NCBI GenBank assembly: GCA_038231135.1
Contig: JBBRLX010000002.1
Coordinates: 64,001 to 128,000 of the forward strand
Source of the DNA: Candidatus Eiseniibacteriota bacterium
GTDB lineage: Bacteria; Eisenbacteria; RBG-16-71-46
DNA: 64,000 nucleotides
Reading direction: 5' to 3'
Position numbers and translations under genes: made by a program. The notes below the pieces were generated by a model that did no database searches, was not told the DNA's origin, and saw only the letters and a list, made by a program, of their open reading frames with translations. This document shows, one piece after another, positions 39,284 to 51,221 of this stretch (positions are counted from its first letter, which is position 1; each line of letters starts with the position of its first letter).

Positions 39284-40244
39284 ACAGGCGGCCACCGGGG
39301 CCGCGTCCGGCGCCCCCGACACCACGCTCAAGGTCGGGCTGGTGTTCGACGTCGGCGGTCGGGGTGACAAGTCGTTCAACGACGCCGCCTATGCCGGCCT
39401 CGAGCGCGCGAAGCGCGAACTCGGCATCCCGTTCACCACGCTCGAGACCGGCGAGGGCGCGGACCGCGAAGCCGCGATGCGCCAGCTCGCAGCCGGCGGT
39501 TCGCAGCTGGTGTTCGGCGTGGGGTTCCTGTTCTCGGACGACATCAAGCGCCTCGCCGCCGAGTTCCCCGCCGTGAAGTTCGCGTGCATCGACTTCACCG
39601 TCACCCCGGGCGAATCCCTGCCGCCCAACCTCACGGCGCTCAAGTTCCAGGAGGAGCAGGGCTCGTTCCTGGTGGGCGCGCTGGCCGCGGAGTTGTCGAA
39701 GACCGGCAAGCTGGGATTCGTCGGCGGCATGGAGATCCCGCTGATCAAGAAGTTCGAGGCCGGGTATCGCGCCGGGGTTACGGCGGTGAAGCCGTCGACC
39801 CGCGTGATCGTGAAGTACGCGGGCACCACCGGCACCGCGTTCAAGGACCCGACCAAGGGCAAGGAGCTGGCGCTCGCGGAGTACCACGAGGGCGCGGACA
39901 TCATCTTCCACGCCTCGGGCTCCACCGGCCTCGGCGTGTTCGAGGCGGCGCGCGAGTTGAACAAGCTGGCGATCGGCGTGGACTCGGACCAGGCCGACGA
40001 GGCCCCGGGCCACGTGCTCACGTCGATGGTGAAGCGCGTCGACACCGCGGTGTTCGAGTGCATCCACCAGACCGCGTCCGGACAATGGCACGGCGGTGTC
40101 CAGGTGTTCGGCCTCGGCCAGCACGGCGTGGGCTGGGTCTATGACGCGAAGAACCAGGCGCTGATCCCGCCACCGGTCAAGGCGCTGGTGGATTCGCTCG
40201 AGCGCGAGATCGTCGCCGGCCGGATCACCGTCCCCGACCACTAG
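39207..40244 (+). CDS. BMP-family (nucleoside) ABC transporter substrate-binding lipoprotein
   Basis: GGAGG RBS before GTG 39207; lipobox [28 protein letters not shown]. Confidence 0.9.
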   Translation: MSRRRLILAAAQLALVCALLPGCAPKQAATGAASGAPDTTLKVGLVFDVGGRGDKSFNDAAYAGLERAKRELGIPFTTLETGEGADREAAMRQLAAGGSQLVFGVGFLFSDDIKRLAAEFPAVKFACIDFTVTPGESLPPNLTALKFQEEQGSFLVGALAAELSKTGKLGFVGGMEIPLIKKFEAGYRAGVTAVKPSTRVIVKYAGTTGTAFKDPTKGKELALAEYHEGADIIFHASGSTGLGVFEAARELNKLAIGVDSDQADEAPGHVLTSMVKRVDTAVFECIHQTASGQWHGGVQVFGLGQHGVGWVYDAKNQALIPPPVKALVDSLEREIVAGRITVPDH

Positions 40245-40309
40245 ACGCGCATGCGCTCCCCGGCCCGCCGCATCCGGATGACGCATCCCTTAGGGGCCGG
40301 GCCACGCCG

Positions 40310-41200
40310 ATGAACGCGGCGTGGACGGACCTCGGCGACGGGGTGCTGGTGCGCCAGAGCCGGCGCTACGCCATGAACAGCGTGGCGCTGCTCGATCCCG
40401 AACACTCGGTACTGGTGGACCCAGGCATCCTGCCGTCCGAGCTCGACGACATGGCCGCGGTGGTGGCCGCCGTGGCGCCGCGCGCGGTGACGCTGATCTT
40501 CTCGCATCACCACTGGGACCACGTTCTCGGCCGCACCTGGTGGCCCCAGGCCGACACGCTCGGCCACGACGGCTTCGCGACCGCGCTCACGGCCGACGCC
40601 GCGCACGCCGTGGACGAGGCGAATCGCGTCGCCACCGAGGCCGGCGAGCGCTGGCCCCAAGCCTACCGACCGTTCGAGCCCGACCACGCGGTGAGCGGGC
40701 TCCACTTCCGCCGCATCGATCCGTGGCGGCTGGTGCTGCGCAGCGCGCCCGGGCACTGTCCCACCCAGCTCAACGTGCACCTGCCGGACAAGGGCATCCT
40801 GATCGCCGGCGACATGCTGTCCGACATCGAGATCCCGGGGCTCGACACAGAGCCCGGCGTCTATCGCGCGTCGCTCGAGGCGCTGATGCCGATGGTGGAC
40901 GGTGGCGCGATCGAAGTCATCGTGCCCGGTCACGGCGCGCTCGCCCGCGGCCAGGCCGCCGTGCGCGAGCGGTTCCGCGCCGACCTCGACTACCTCACCG
41001 TGATCGAGCGCGCCGCCCTGGACGCGCGGGCCAGAGGGCTCGACGCCGAGGCCGCCGCCGCGTCGCTCGCCGGCATGGACTACGCGGGCAAGACCAACCC
41101 CGAATATCCGACCGCGAAGCTCCACCACCGGAACGTGCTGCTCGCGTACCGCGTGGCGGCGGCCTCGCATGGCAATGGCCAGGTGCCCCGGAACCGCTGA
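40310..41200 (+). CDS. Metallo-beta-lactamase-fold hydrolase
   Basis: SHHHWDH, APGH, AGD, VPGHG. Confidence 0.88.
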   Translation: MNAAWTDLGDGVLVRQSRRYAMNSVALLDPEHSVLVDPGILPSELDDMAAVVAAVAPRAVTLIFSHHHWDHVLGRTWWPQADTLGHDGFATALTADAAHAVDEANRVATEAGERWPQAYRPFEPDHAVSGLHFRRIDPWRLVLRSAPGHCPTQLNVHLPDKGILIAGDMLSDIEIPGLDTEPGVYRASLEALMPMVDGGAIEVIVPGHGALARGQAAVRERFRADLDYLTVIERAALDARARGLDAEAAAASLAGMDYAGKTNPEYPTAKLHHRNVLLAYRVAAASHGNGQVPRNR

Positions 41201-41224
41201 CCGCCGGGGGACGGGAGAGCTCCG

Positions 41225-42487
41225 ATGCCGCGCGAGAATCTGAACCCCTACGCCATCGCCCAATCGCAGTTCGCCCGCGCCGCCCAGCGCCTCCGCCTCG
41301 ACCAGGGCCTGCGCGCGATCCTGTCCACGCCGAAGCGCGAGCTGACGGTGTCGATCCCGGTGCGCATGGACGACGGCAACTATCGCGTGTTCGCCGGCCA
41401 TCGCGTGGTGCACAACATGTCGCGGGGCCCGGCGAAGGGCGGCATCCGGTTCCATCCCGATGTGTCGATCGACGAGGTGAAGGCGCTGGCGTCGTGGATG
41501 ACCTGGAAGTGCGCATGTCTCGACCTGCCGTTCGGCGGCGGTAAGGGGGGTGTGGTGGTCGACCCGCACCAGTTGTCGCACGGCGAGCTCGAGCGGCTCA
41601 CGCGGCGCTACACCAGCGAGATCCTGCCGCTGATCGGACCCGAGCAGGACATCCCGGCGCCCGACGTCTACACCGACTCCCAGACCATGGCGTGGATCAT
41701 GGACACCTACAGCATGACCAAGGGCACGACCACGCTGGGCGTGGTCACCGGCAAGCCGCTGGCGCTCGGCGGCTCGAAGGGCCGCAATGCCGCCACGGCG
41801 CGCGGCGTGCAGTTCACGCTGCGCGAGGCCTGCCGCGCGCACAAGCTGGCGCTCGACGGCGCCACGGTCGCGATCCAGGGCTACGGCAACGCCGGCAGCC
41901 ACCTCGCGGACCTGCTGCACGCCGAGGGCGCGCGCATCGTCGCGGCGTCCGATTCGGGCGGCGGCATACACCAGCCGAAGGGGCTCGATCCGGCGAAGCT
42001 GCGCGCCCACAAGGAGCGGCGCGGCGCGCGCGTCAGCCTCAAGACGTTCAAGCCGGGCACGCCGGTCACGAACGCGCAACTGCTGGAGCTGCCGGTCGAC
42101 ATCCTGGTGCCGGCGGCGCTCGAGAACCAGATCACGTCGGTGAACGCGGCCCGGGTGAAGGCGAAGATCATCGCCGAAGCCGCGAACGGCCCCACCACGC
42201 CGATGGCCGACGACACGCTGTTCCGCCGCGGGCGCACGGTGATCCCCGACATCCTCGCGAACGCCGGCGGCGTCACCGTGTCGTACTTCGAGTGGGTGCA
42301 GGACTTCTACTCGTTCTTCTGGGAGGAGAACGAGGTGGACAACCGGCTCGAGAAGTACATGGTGCGCGCGTACCGCGACGTCGCGGAGCAGGCCGCGCGC
42401 TTCAAGTGCAGCCTGCGCGACGGCGCCTACGTGCTCGCGGTGGGGCGCGTGGCCGAGGCGACCCGCGTCCGCGGCATCTTCCCCTGA
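41225..42487 (+). CDS. gdhA: Glu/Leu/Phe/Val dehydrogenase, probably glutamate dehydrogenase
   Basis: GPAKGGIRF, MTWK, GGGKGG, DIPAPD, QGYGNAG, EAANGP, NAGGVTVSYFEW. Confidence 0.9.
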   Translation: MPRENLNPYAIAQSQFARAAQRLRLDQGLRAILSTPKRELTVSIPVRMDDGNYRVFAGHRVVHNMSRGPAKGGIRFHPDVSIDEVKALASWMTWKCACLDLPFGGGKGGVVVDPHQLSHGELERLTRRYTSEILPLIGPEQDIPAPDVYTDSQTMAWIMDTYSMTKGTTTLGVVTGKPLALGGSKGRNAATARGVQFTLREACRAHKLALDGATVAIQGYGNAGSHLADLLHAEGARIVAASDSGGGIHQPKGLDPAKLRAHKERRGARVSLKTFKPGTPVTNAQLLELPVDILVPAALENQITSVNAARVKAKIIAEAANGPTTPMADDTLFRRGRTVIPDILANAGGVTVSYFEWVQDFYSFFWEENEVDNRLEKYMVRAYRDVAEQAARFKCSLRDGAYVLAVGRVAEATRVRGIFP

Positions 42488-42536
42488 GGCGGCGCGGGCT
42501 GGCGTACCGGGGGCGGCGTCGTTACGCTCAGCCGGA

Positions 42537-44047
<1,511 letters not shown>

Positions 44048-44051
<4 letters not shown>

Positions 44052-45154
44052 CCGGACCCGCCGCCACGGCAGCGCCGGCCGGCGGCCCGGCGGCCGCGCC
44101 GCGCGCCGTCACAGCGCGCCCGCGCCTAGCGGCGGCGCTCGAGCTGGCGGCGCCGCTCGCGGCGGTCGCGCTCGCGCTGCTGGCGGGTGCCGTGCTGATC
44201 GCGCTGGCGGGCGAGGACCCGCTCGCGATCTACGGTTCGATCCTGCACGCCTGCCTCGGCACCGGCTACGGCTTCGGGCAGATGCTGTTCAAGGCGACGC
44301 CGCTGGTGTTCACCGGCCTCGCGGTCGCGGTCGGGTTCCGTGCCGGCCTGTTCAACATCGGCGCCGAGGGCCAGCTCTACCTGGGCGGCTTCGCCGCCGC
44401 GCTCGCGGCGGTGGCGCTGGCGGGCGCCCCCGGACCCGTGCAGCTCGTGGGCGCGCTGCTCGCCGCCGCCGCGGCGGGCGCGGCGTGGGCCACGATCCCC
44501 GGAGTGCTCAAGGCGCGGTTCGGGGCCCACGAGGTGATCAACACGATCATGCTGAACTTCATCGCGATGCAGCTCGTGGCGTTCCTCGGCCGCTACGCGT
44601 ATCAACCGGGCACCGTGCGGACCGCCACCATCCCGGCGGGAGCGGTGATCCCGCGGCTCGACGTGTGGTTCCCGGCACTGCACGGGTCTCCGGCGAACCT
44701 GTCGCTGCTGCTCGGGCTCGGGCTCGCCCTCGCCACGGCCTGGCTGCTGTTCGGCTCGCGCCTCGGCTACGCGATCCGCGCCGTGGGTCTCAATCCGGCC
44801 GCGGCCGAATATGGCGGCATCGCGATCGGCTCCACGCACACCGCGGCGCTCGCGCTGTCGGGTGCTCTGGCGGGCCTCGGCGGGGTCAACTTCGTGCTCG
44901 GCTACAAGCAGTTCTTCGAGCAGGGGTTCTCGGCCGGCGCCGGGTTCCTCGGCATCGCGGTCGCGCTGATCGGCCGTAACCAGCCGCTCGGCGTGATCGT
45001 GGCGGCGCTGTTCTTCGGCGGCCTGTCCTACGGCGGGCTGGTGATCAACGACCGCGTGCCGCGCGAGCTGGTCGAGATGCTCACCGCGCTCGTGATCCTG
45101 TTCGCGATCACGCTGCAGCAGGTCATGACCCGCGCGGCGCGGAAGCTGCGATGA
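44048..45154 (+). CDS. Nucleoside ABC transporter permease
   Basis: ATGA overlap with upstream gene; GLFNIGAEGQ, HEVINTIMLN, GFLGIAVAL. Confidence 0.9.
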
Positions 45155-46053
45155 TGGAACTGCTGCTGTTCGTCGCGGCGGCGGTGCGCATCAGTGTGCC
45201 CTACACGCTGGGCGCCGTGGGCGCCGGGTTCAGCGAGCGCGGCGGCGTGGTGAACATCGGCATCGAGGGCATGATGCTGAACGGCGCGCTCGGCTACGTG
45301 CTGGGCGCCTGGTACTCGGGCCACGCCACGCTCGGGCTGTTGGCGGCGGTGGTGGCCGGCGTCGTGACGGCGGCGCTGCACGCGCTCGTCACCGTGCGGT
45401 TCCGCGCCGATCAGATCACGAGCGGGCTCGGCATCAACCTGCTCGCCGCCGGCCTCACCAAGTACGTGCTCGTCGAGGTGTTCCATTCCTCCTCGAACTC
45501 GCCGCGCGTGCCGGGGCTCGAACTGCTGCCGGGTCTCGCGGCGGTGCCGGCCGTGGGCACGGTGCTGGGCGCGCCGCTGGTGCTGCTCACCGCCCTGCTG
45601 GTGATCGGCGTCCAGTGGCTGATGTTCCGCTCGGTGTTCGGCTTGCGGCTGCGCTCGATCGGCGAGCGCCCCGAGGCGGCGGCGACGCTCGGCCTGTCGG
45701 TGACGGCCTACCGCACGGCGGGGGTGCTGATCTCGGGCGCGCTCGCCGGCCTCGCGGGCGCGTGGCTCGCGAGCGAACAGCATTCGTTCACCGACGGCAT
45801 GACCGGCGGCCGCGGCTACATCGCGCTCGCGGCGATGATCGTCGGCAAGTGGTCGCCGGCGGGCGCGGTCGCGGCCTGCCTGCTGTTCGGGGCGTCGGAG
45901 GCGCTGCAGATCACGCTGCAGGGCGTCGCGTTCCCGAACGAGCTGCTGCAGATGCTGCCGTATCTCGTGACGATGCTCGCGCTGGCCGGCTGGATCGGAC
46001 GCTCGGTGCCACCGCGCGCGGTGGGCGTGCCCTACGACCCGGAGTTGGGCTGA
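45151..46053 (+). CDS. Nucleoside ABC transporter permease
   Basis: ERGGVVNIGIEG, GLRLRSIGERP, GRGYIALAA, MLPY. Confidence 0.92.
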   Translation: MMELLLFVAAAVRISVPYTLGAVGAGFSERGGVVNIGIEGMMLNGALGYVLGAWYSGHATLGLLAAVVAGVVTAALHALVTVRFRADQITSGLGINLLAAGLTKYVLVEVFHSSSNSPRVPGLELLPGLAAVPAVGTVLGAPLVLLTALLVIGVQWLMFRSVFGLRLRSIGERPEAAATLGLSVTAYRTAGVLISGALAGLAGAWLASEQHSFTDGMTGGRGYIALAAMIVGKWSPAGAVAACLLFGASEALQITLQGVAFPNELLQMLPYLVTMLALAGWIGRSVPPRAVGVPYDPELG

Positions 46054-46054
46054 C

Positions 46055-47875
46055 ATGGCGCGTCCGCGCGGCCCGTGGATCCTGCTGCTGACCGTCGCGG
46101 CGCTGTGCATCGCCACGTCGGTCACGTTCCCGATCTACGATCCCGACGTGTGGCAGCACCTCGCCGTCGGCCGCTGGATCTGGCAGGCCCACGCGCTGCC
46201 GCACCAGGAGATCTGGACGTGGCCGACCTATGGCACGCCCGCCGTCACGCCGTCGTGGCTGTTCCGCGTGCTGCTGTGGCCGGCGTGGGCCGTGGGCGGC
46301 GTCGCCGGGCTCGAGGCGTGGCGCTGGGTCACCACGCTCGTCACGTTCGCCGTGCTGGGACTCACCGCGCGCCGCATGGGGGCCGGCGGCACGGCGACGG
46401 TGGTGCTGCTGGTGGTGGCGGCGCTGATCTGGCGCCAGCGGTCGATGGTGCGGCCCGAGACCCTCACGGCGATCCTGCTCGCGCTGGAACTGTGGATCCT
46501 CGAGTGCCGCCGCGAGGGACTGCGCGACGACACGCCGTGGCTGGTTCCTCTGCTGTGGATCTGGGTGCAGGCGCACGTGTCGTTCGTCTTCGGGTTCGCG
46601 GTGCTCGCGATCTACGCCGCCGACGCGTCCCTCGGGCCTCGCCGGTCGTTCCGGCCCGCGCTGGCACTGGCCGCCGCGGCGGCGGTCGCGTTCCTCAATC
46701 CCTATGGCTCGGGGCTGGTGTGGCAGCCGTTCGAATTCCTGCTGCACCAGCGCAACGAGCCGCTGTTCCGCAGCATCGACGAGCTCCAGCGCGTGAACTG
46801 GACGCTGAACGACCGCAACGGCCTGCCGGTGCTGATGGCGGGGTGGATCGTGCTGGTACTCGTCGGCGTCGCGCGCCGCCGCGGCGACCGCGTCGAGGGG
46901 GTGATGTGCGCGGTGTTCACGGCGCTGGCACTCGGCTCGCAGCGGTTCACCGGGTTCTACGCGCTGGTCGCCGCGGTGTTCGTCGCGCGCGACGTCACGC
47001 GGCTGGCGTCACCGCCGCGCCGCGCCGCGCGGAACGCCGGCCGGCAGGACGTGCGTCAGGGTGCGCCGCCCGCCGCGCCGCCGCACGCGCTCCGCTGGAC
47101 GCAGGCCGCGATCGCCGCCGCCGCGTGCGTGCTGGTGTGCGTCCCCGAGTGGTCGCGCCCGGCTCCCGCGCTGGGCCTGGGGCTCGACCTCGGCGGCTAC
47201 CCCGTCGAGGCCTGCCAATTCGTCACGGCGCACGGCGTGCGCGGGCGGGCGTTCAACGTGTTCTACCACGGTGGCTACCTGCTGTGGCGGTTCGGCGCGG
47301 CGCTTGACCGGCTGCCGTTTATCGACGTGCACCAGGCGGGAACGCCGGAGCTGCGGGCCGCGTACGTCGCGGCGTTCGCGAGCCGGCCGGGCTGGCAGGC
47401 GCTCGATCGCGCGCACGCGTTCGACTGGGTGGTGCTGCCACGCCGGCAGGCCCCGGGTGACAGCCTGCTCGATGCCCTCGACGAGGATCCGGCGTTCGCG
47501 CGCGTGTTCGTCGACGACGACGCCGCGCTGTACGTGCGGCGCGCGGGCGCCATGGCGATGGTCGCGGAGCGCTGGGCTTACCGCCTCGTGCCCGGCGGCG
47601 CCGCCGGCCTCGATCCGCTCGGCCGCGCGTGCGAGCGCGACACCGCGCTGCGCGCGGCCACCGGCGCCGAGCTGGAGCGCGCGATTCAGGGCTCGCCACG
47701 CCATGCCCGCGCCGCAAGTCTGCTCGCGAACGTCGCGCTGCTCGATGGCCGGTTCGCGGACGCGCGCCGGCTGCTGCTCGAAGCCCGCCGCGTGGCGCCC
47801 GACACCCCGAAGGTCACGGAACGCCTGGCGATGATCGCGGCGCGCGATTCGAGCCACGCGCCGGGGGGGCGCTGA
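46055..47875 (+). CDS. Polytopic membrane protein, probable GT-C-fold glycosyltransferase with C-terminal TPR-like helices
   Basis: DPDVWQHLAVGR, RPE, LNPYG, GGYLLW; many TM helices. Confidence 0.65.
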   Translation: MARPRGPWILLLTVAALCIATSVTFPIYDPDVWQHLAVGRWIWQAHALPHQEIWTWPTYGTPAVTPSWLFRVLLWPAWAVGGVAGLEAWRWVTTLVTFAVLGLTARRMGAGGTATVVLLVVAALIWRQRSMVRPETLTAILLALELWILECRREGLRDDTPWLVPLLWIWVQAHVSFVFGFAVLAIYAADASLGPRRSFRPALALAAAAAVAFLNPYGSGLVWQPFEFLLHQRNEPLFRSIDELQRVNWTLNDRNGLPVLMAGWIVLVLVGVARRRGDRVEGVMCAVFTALALGSQRFTGFYALVAAVFVARDVTRLASPPRRAARNAGRQDVRQGAPPAAPPHALRWTQAAIAAAACVLVCVPEWSRPAPALGLGLDLGGYPVEACQFVTAHGVRGRAFNVFYHGGYLLWRFGAALDRLPFIDVHQAGTPELRAAYVAAFASRPGWQALDRAHAFDWVVLPRRQAPGDSLLDALDEDPAFARVFVDDDAALYVRRAGAMAMVAERWAYRLVPGGAAGLDPLGRACERDTALRAATGAELERAIQGSPRHARAASLLANVALLDGRFADARRLLLEARRVAPDTPKVTERLAMIAARDSSHAPGGR

Positions 47876-49651
47876 ATGCCGCGCCCGCGTCCCCCGCATC
47901 CGTCGCACCCGCCGAACCCCGGACCCGCGCCGTCGCGGGCGCCCGACCGCGGCCGGCGCCCGGCGGGCACGACCCGCCGGCGGTTCCCCGAACTACCGGT
48001 GGTGGCGGTGCTACTGCTCCTGCACGCCTGCCTGCTCGGCTGGGGCATCGCGCGCAATTCGGTGACGTTCGACGAGAATTTTCATCTGGCGTCGGGAGTC
48101 GCCGCGGTGACCCGGGGCGATTTCTGGATCTCGGTGGTGAATCCGCCGCTGGTCAAGGAATGCATGGCACTGGCGGCGCTCGCCGCCGGCGCGCAGCCGC
48201 CGCCCGATTCCGCGCTCGTGGCGCGCGATCAGTTCATCGCCGGCGAGGCGTTCATGCGCGCCAACGCCGCGCACTACCACCGGGTGTTCGCGGCGGCCCG
48301 CTGCGTGACCGCGGCGCTGTCGATCGCGCTCGCGGTGCTGATCTGGCGGTTCACCCGCCGGCGCTACGGCGTTCCCGCCGGCGTGTTCGCGCTGGCGCTG
48401 TACTCGCTGATCCCCGACGTGCTGGCCCACGGCGGCCTCGCCACGCTCGACATCGCCACGACGCTGCTGCTGTTCGCCGGCATCGTTGCCTATCTCAGAT
48501 TCGCCCGGTCGGGCGCGTGGCGCGACCTGCTGTGGCTGGCGCTGGTGGTCGCGGCGGCGTTCGCGACCCGGTTCAGCGCGTGGCTGCTGCTGCTGGTGCT
48601 CGCCGGGCTCACGGTGCCCGCGATCGCACTGCGCGCCGCGCCGCGGCCGGGGCGGCTCGTGGCGGGCGTGGTACTGCTGCTGCCGGTGGCGCTGCTCGCG
48701 CTGCACCTCGCCTATGGCGGACACGGCCACTGGCGGCCGCTGGCGCAGGACCGTTTCGACTCGGCGTCGTTCCGCCGCCTCGAGGCCCGGTGGCCGCACC
48801 TGGTCCTGCCGCTGCCCGAGGTCTATCTCGCGGGGCTCGATCACCAGGCGCTCGAATCGCAGGGCATCGTCCCGACCTACGTATTCGGCCGCGCGACGCT
48901 CGATCCCGTTCCCTGGTATCCGTGGCTGGCGATCGCGGTGAAGTGGCCGCTGGCGCTGTGGGGAGCGTTCGTGGCCGCGCTGGTGGCGTGGCTTTCGACG
49001 CGGCGCCGCGTGGATCCCGCCGGCCGGCGCGAGCGCCGGTTCGAAACCCTCGCGCTGCTGGCGCTGCCTGTGGCGCTGATCGCCACGCTGATGTTCGCGG
49101 TGCGGCTCAACGTCGGCGTGCGGTACCTGCTGCCGGCGCTGCCGCCACTGATCGTGCTCACGGCCGGCACGCTCCTGCCGCCGGGCAACGTGCCGCGCCG
49201 CCGGTTGGCGATCGCGATCGCGATCGCCGGGCTGGCGCTCGCCGAAACGGCGTTCACCGCGCCCTGGTACCTGGCGTTCTTCAACGCGATCGGCGGCGGC
49301 CCCGGCAACGGCGACCACATCGTCAACGATTCGAACGCCGACCTGGGGCAGGGTCTGATCGCGCTGCGGGAGGACCTGGCCCGGCTCGGCGTCCGGCGGG
49401 TGTACCTGGCCTACCACGGCAGCACGGATCCGGCCGTGTACGGGATCGATTACATTCCCTACCTGGGGGGCATGCCTGGGTCCGGGAGCGACTGGCTGGC
49501 CGTCAGCAGCTACTACTTCGTCGGGCTGAATCAGCGCATGATGACCCAGCGAGGCCGCACCCCATTCGTGCAATTGGACTTCCACGAGCTGGCGGATCGC
49601 CCGCCGGCGGCTCGTCCGGCCCGTTGCATGTACTTGTTCCGGATTCGTTGA
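47876..49651 (+). CDS. GT39/ArnT-like (PMT) membrane glycosyltransferase
   Basis: TFDE motif after the first TM helix, NPPLVK, ATLD, GVRYLLP, DSNADLGQ. Confidence 0.8.
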   Translation: MPRPRPPHPSHPPNPGPAPSRAPDRGRRPAGTTRRRFPELPVVAVLLLLHACLLGWGIARNSVTFDENFHLASGVAAVTRGDFWISVVNPPLVKECMALAALAAGAQPPPDSALVARDQFIAGEAFMRANAAHYHRVFAAARCVTAALSIALAVLIWRFTRRRYGVPAGVFALALYSLIPDVLAHGGLATLDIATTLLLFAGIVAYLRFARSGAWRDLLWLALVVAAAFATRFSAWLLLLVLAGLTVPAIALRAAPRPGRLVAGVVLLLPVALLALHLAYGGHGHWRPLAQDRFDSASFRRLEARWPHLVLPLPEVYLAGLDHQALESQGIVPTYVFGRATLDPVPWYPWLAIAVKWPLALWGAFVAALVAWLSTRRRVDPAGRRERRFETLALLALPVALIATLMFAVRLNVGVRYLLPALPPLIVLTAGTLLPPGNVPRRRLAIAIAIAGLALAETAFTAPWYLAFFNAIGGGPGNGDHIVNDSNADLGQGLIALREDLARLGVRRVYLAYHGSTDPAVYGIDYIPYLGGMPGSGSDWLAVSSYYFVGLNQRMMTQRGRTPFVQLDFHELADRPPAARPARCMYLFRIR

Positions 49652-49819
49652 ACCCCGATCCACCCCGCGACGAATTGACGACCGCCTGATACATGACCGA
49701 TGCTCACCGTCGATGATCTCGTCGTGAGATCGGAGTCGCGGTGGATCGCGTCCGAATCACCCGGGCAATTCCCGAGTTCCGGAACATCGCTGAGCCGTTT
49801 CCATCATCCGAGTGGGATC

Positions 49820-50659
49820 ATGAGCATGCGTGGCACCTTCGCAATCGTGACGTTGGCTCTTGGCGCCCTGCTGGCGTCAGGCAGCGCCGCGCATGCCGAA
49901 GTTGCGGGCTCGGGATTCGAGCACGCCGGGCTGTTGTCCAACCACGGCCGGCTCGAAGTTCGCGCGCATCACCCGCTCAAGCTCACCCCGGCGCTCCGCG
50001 CCGCGACGCAGCGCGATGACCGGCGCCACGGGCGCCACCGCCTGCATCGCCACCGCTACGCCGCCGCCCGTCACGAGCTGACCCGGTCGGCCGCCAACGG
50101 CATCCCGGCGGCTCCGGCGCCGACGCATTCGCACTCGCTGCCCGCCCGGGTTCCGGTCGCGCATCAGCTGCGCGGCCACGACGGTGGCCCCAGGTCCTCG
50201 CCGCGCCATGCCGCGGCGACGGCGTGGGTCGATCCCACCGTGTACCAGCCGATGGGCATCGCGATGTACGAAGCCTCCCTGCCGGTCGATCGTGTGGAGC
50301 TGTGGCGCATCACCAGCCGCGGGCCCCCAGCCGCCGCCCTCGATGGCGCCCTGCTTCCCTCCGAATTCGCGCAGCGCCCACTAGCAGCCTTCCCCGGCGC
50401 GCGCCTCCACACCTTCCTACCCTGTTCGACCCGGCATGAGACCCTGGCCTTTGGACCCGGCTCCGCCTCGTCCGTTGCGGACCTGACCGCCCGGTCCGCC
50501 ACCGCCTCGCGTGAGCGCGCCGTCTCCGCCACGCGCCTGAAGTTCTCGAATGTTCCCCAACCCTGTTCCCTCGAAGCTCGTTACGAGCTTCACTGCGCGC
50601 CGGCTGAGGGCCCGGCCGCGGACGTCCCCGTGCCCTCATGCAGTGGAGGCAGTTCATGA
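49820..50659 (+). CDS. Hypothetical secreted His/Arg-rich protein with internal RGPP motif (possible leader/arrest peptide)
   Basis: Signal peptide ending AHA; RGPP encoded at 50318-50329; stop overlaps next ATG (ATGA); codon usage is atypical in the 3' part. Confidence 0.5.
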   Translation: MSMRGTFAIVTLALGALLASGSAAHAEVAGSGFEHAGLLSNHGRLEVRAHHPLKLTPALRAATQRDDRRHGRHRLHRHRYAAARHELTRSAANGIPAAPAPTHSHSLPARVPVAHQLRGHDGGPRSSPRHAAATAWVDPTVYQPMGIAMYEASLPVDRVELWRITSRGPPAAALDGALLPSEFAQRPLAAFPGARLHTFLPCSTRHETLAFGPGSASSVADLTARSATASRERAVSATRLKFSNVPQPCSLEARYELHCAPAEGPAADVPVPSCSGGSS

Positions 50660-51090
50660 AGCGTTTCCTGTCCCTGTCGTTGAGCCTGGTTGCCCTGTTG
50701 GCCGTCACGTCGTTCGCCGTCGCCGCGGATACCGCCACGCCTCCGGGAACCAGCACGGTTGGCAAGGTGAAGTCGCACACGGCGCACGCCGCGCGTTCCG
50801 TCGCCAGCGGCACGAAGAAGGCTGCCGTGGCCACCGGTGATGCCGTCGAGGACGCCGGTTCCGCCGTGGCGAAGACGCCGGGCAAGATCGCGTCGGCCAT
50901 GACGCCGAAGATCGACATCAACAGCGCGAGCAAGGACGACCTGATGAAGCTCAAGGGCGTCGGCGACGCGACGGCGGACAAGATCATCGCCGGCCGTCCG
51001 TACAAGATGAAGTCGGAGCTGTCGACGAAGAAGATCGTGAATCGTGCGACGTACGCGAAGATCCGCATGCACGTGATCGCGAAGCAGTAA
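50656..51090 (+). CDS. Secreted helix-hairpin-helix (ComEA-like) DNA-binding protein
   Basis: GGAGG RBS; signal peptide; IDINSASKDDLMKLKGVGDATADKIIAGRPY. Confidence 0.88.
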   Translation: MKRFLSLSLSLVALLAVTSFAVAADTATPPGTSTVGKVKSHTAHAARSVASGTKKAAVATGDAVEDAGSAVAKTPGKIASAMTPKIDINSASKDDLMKLKGVGDATADKIIAGRPYKMKSELSTKKIVNRATYAKIRMHVIAKQ

Positions 51091-51105
51091 CTCGGTTGTA
51101 TAACG

Positions 51106-51133
51106 GCGTCGCCCCGGGATTCCGGGGCGACGC
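51106..51133 (+). terminator. Perfect 12-bp hairpin between the two HhH genes
   Basis: gcgtcgccccgg-gatt-ccggggcgacgc; no U-tract. Confidence 0.5.
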
Positions 51134-51221
51134 AATCGAACCGGGGCATCCGCCCCACCGCTCGCGATGTTCGAGGGCACGCGAACGGGAAGCCAGCGCC
51201 CTCGTTTCAGGAGATCATTCG

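Noticed and set aside
36281..39379. 1032-aa version of the debranching enzyme
   Set aside because: The upstream part is antisense to tdk and the BMP gene; family similarity starts at MTDLAFG (38341), preceded by a GGAGG RBS
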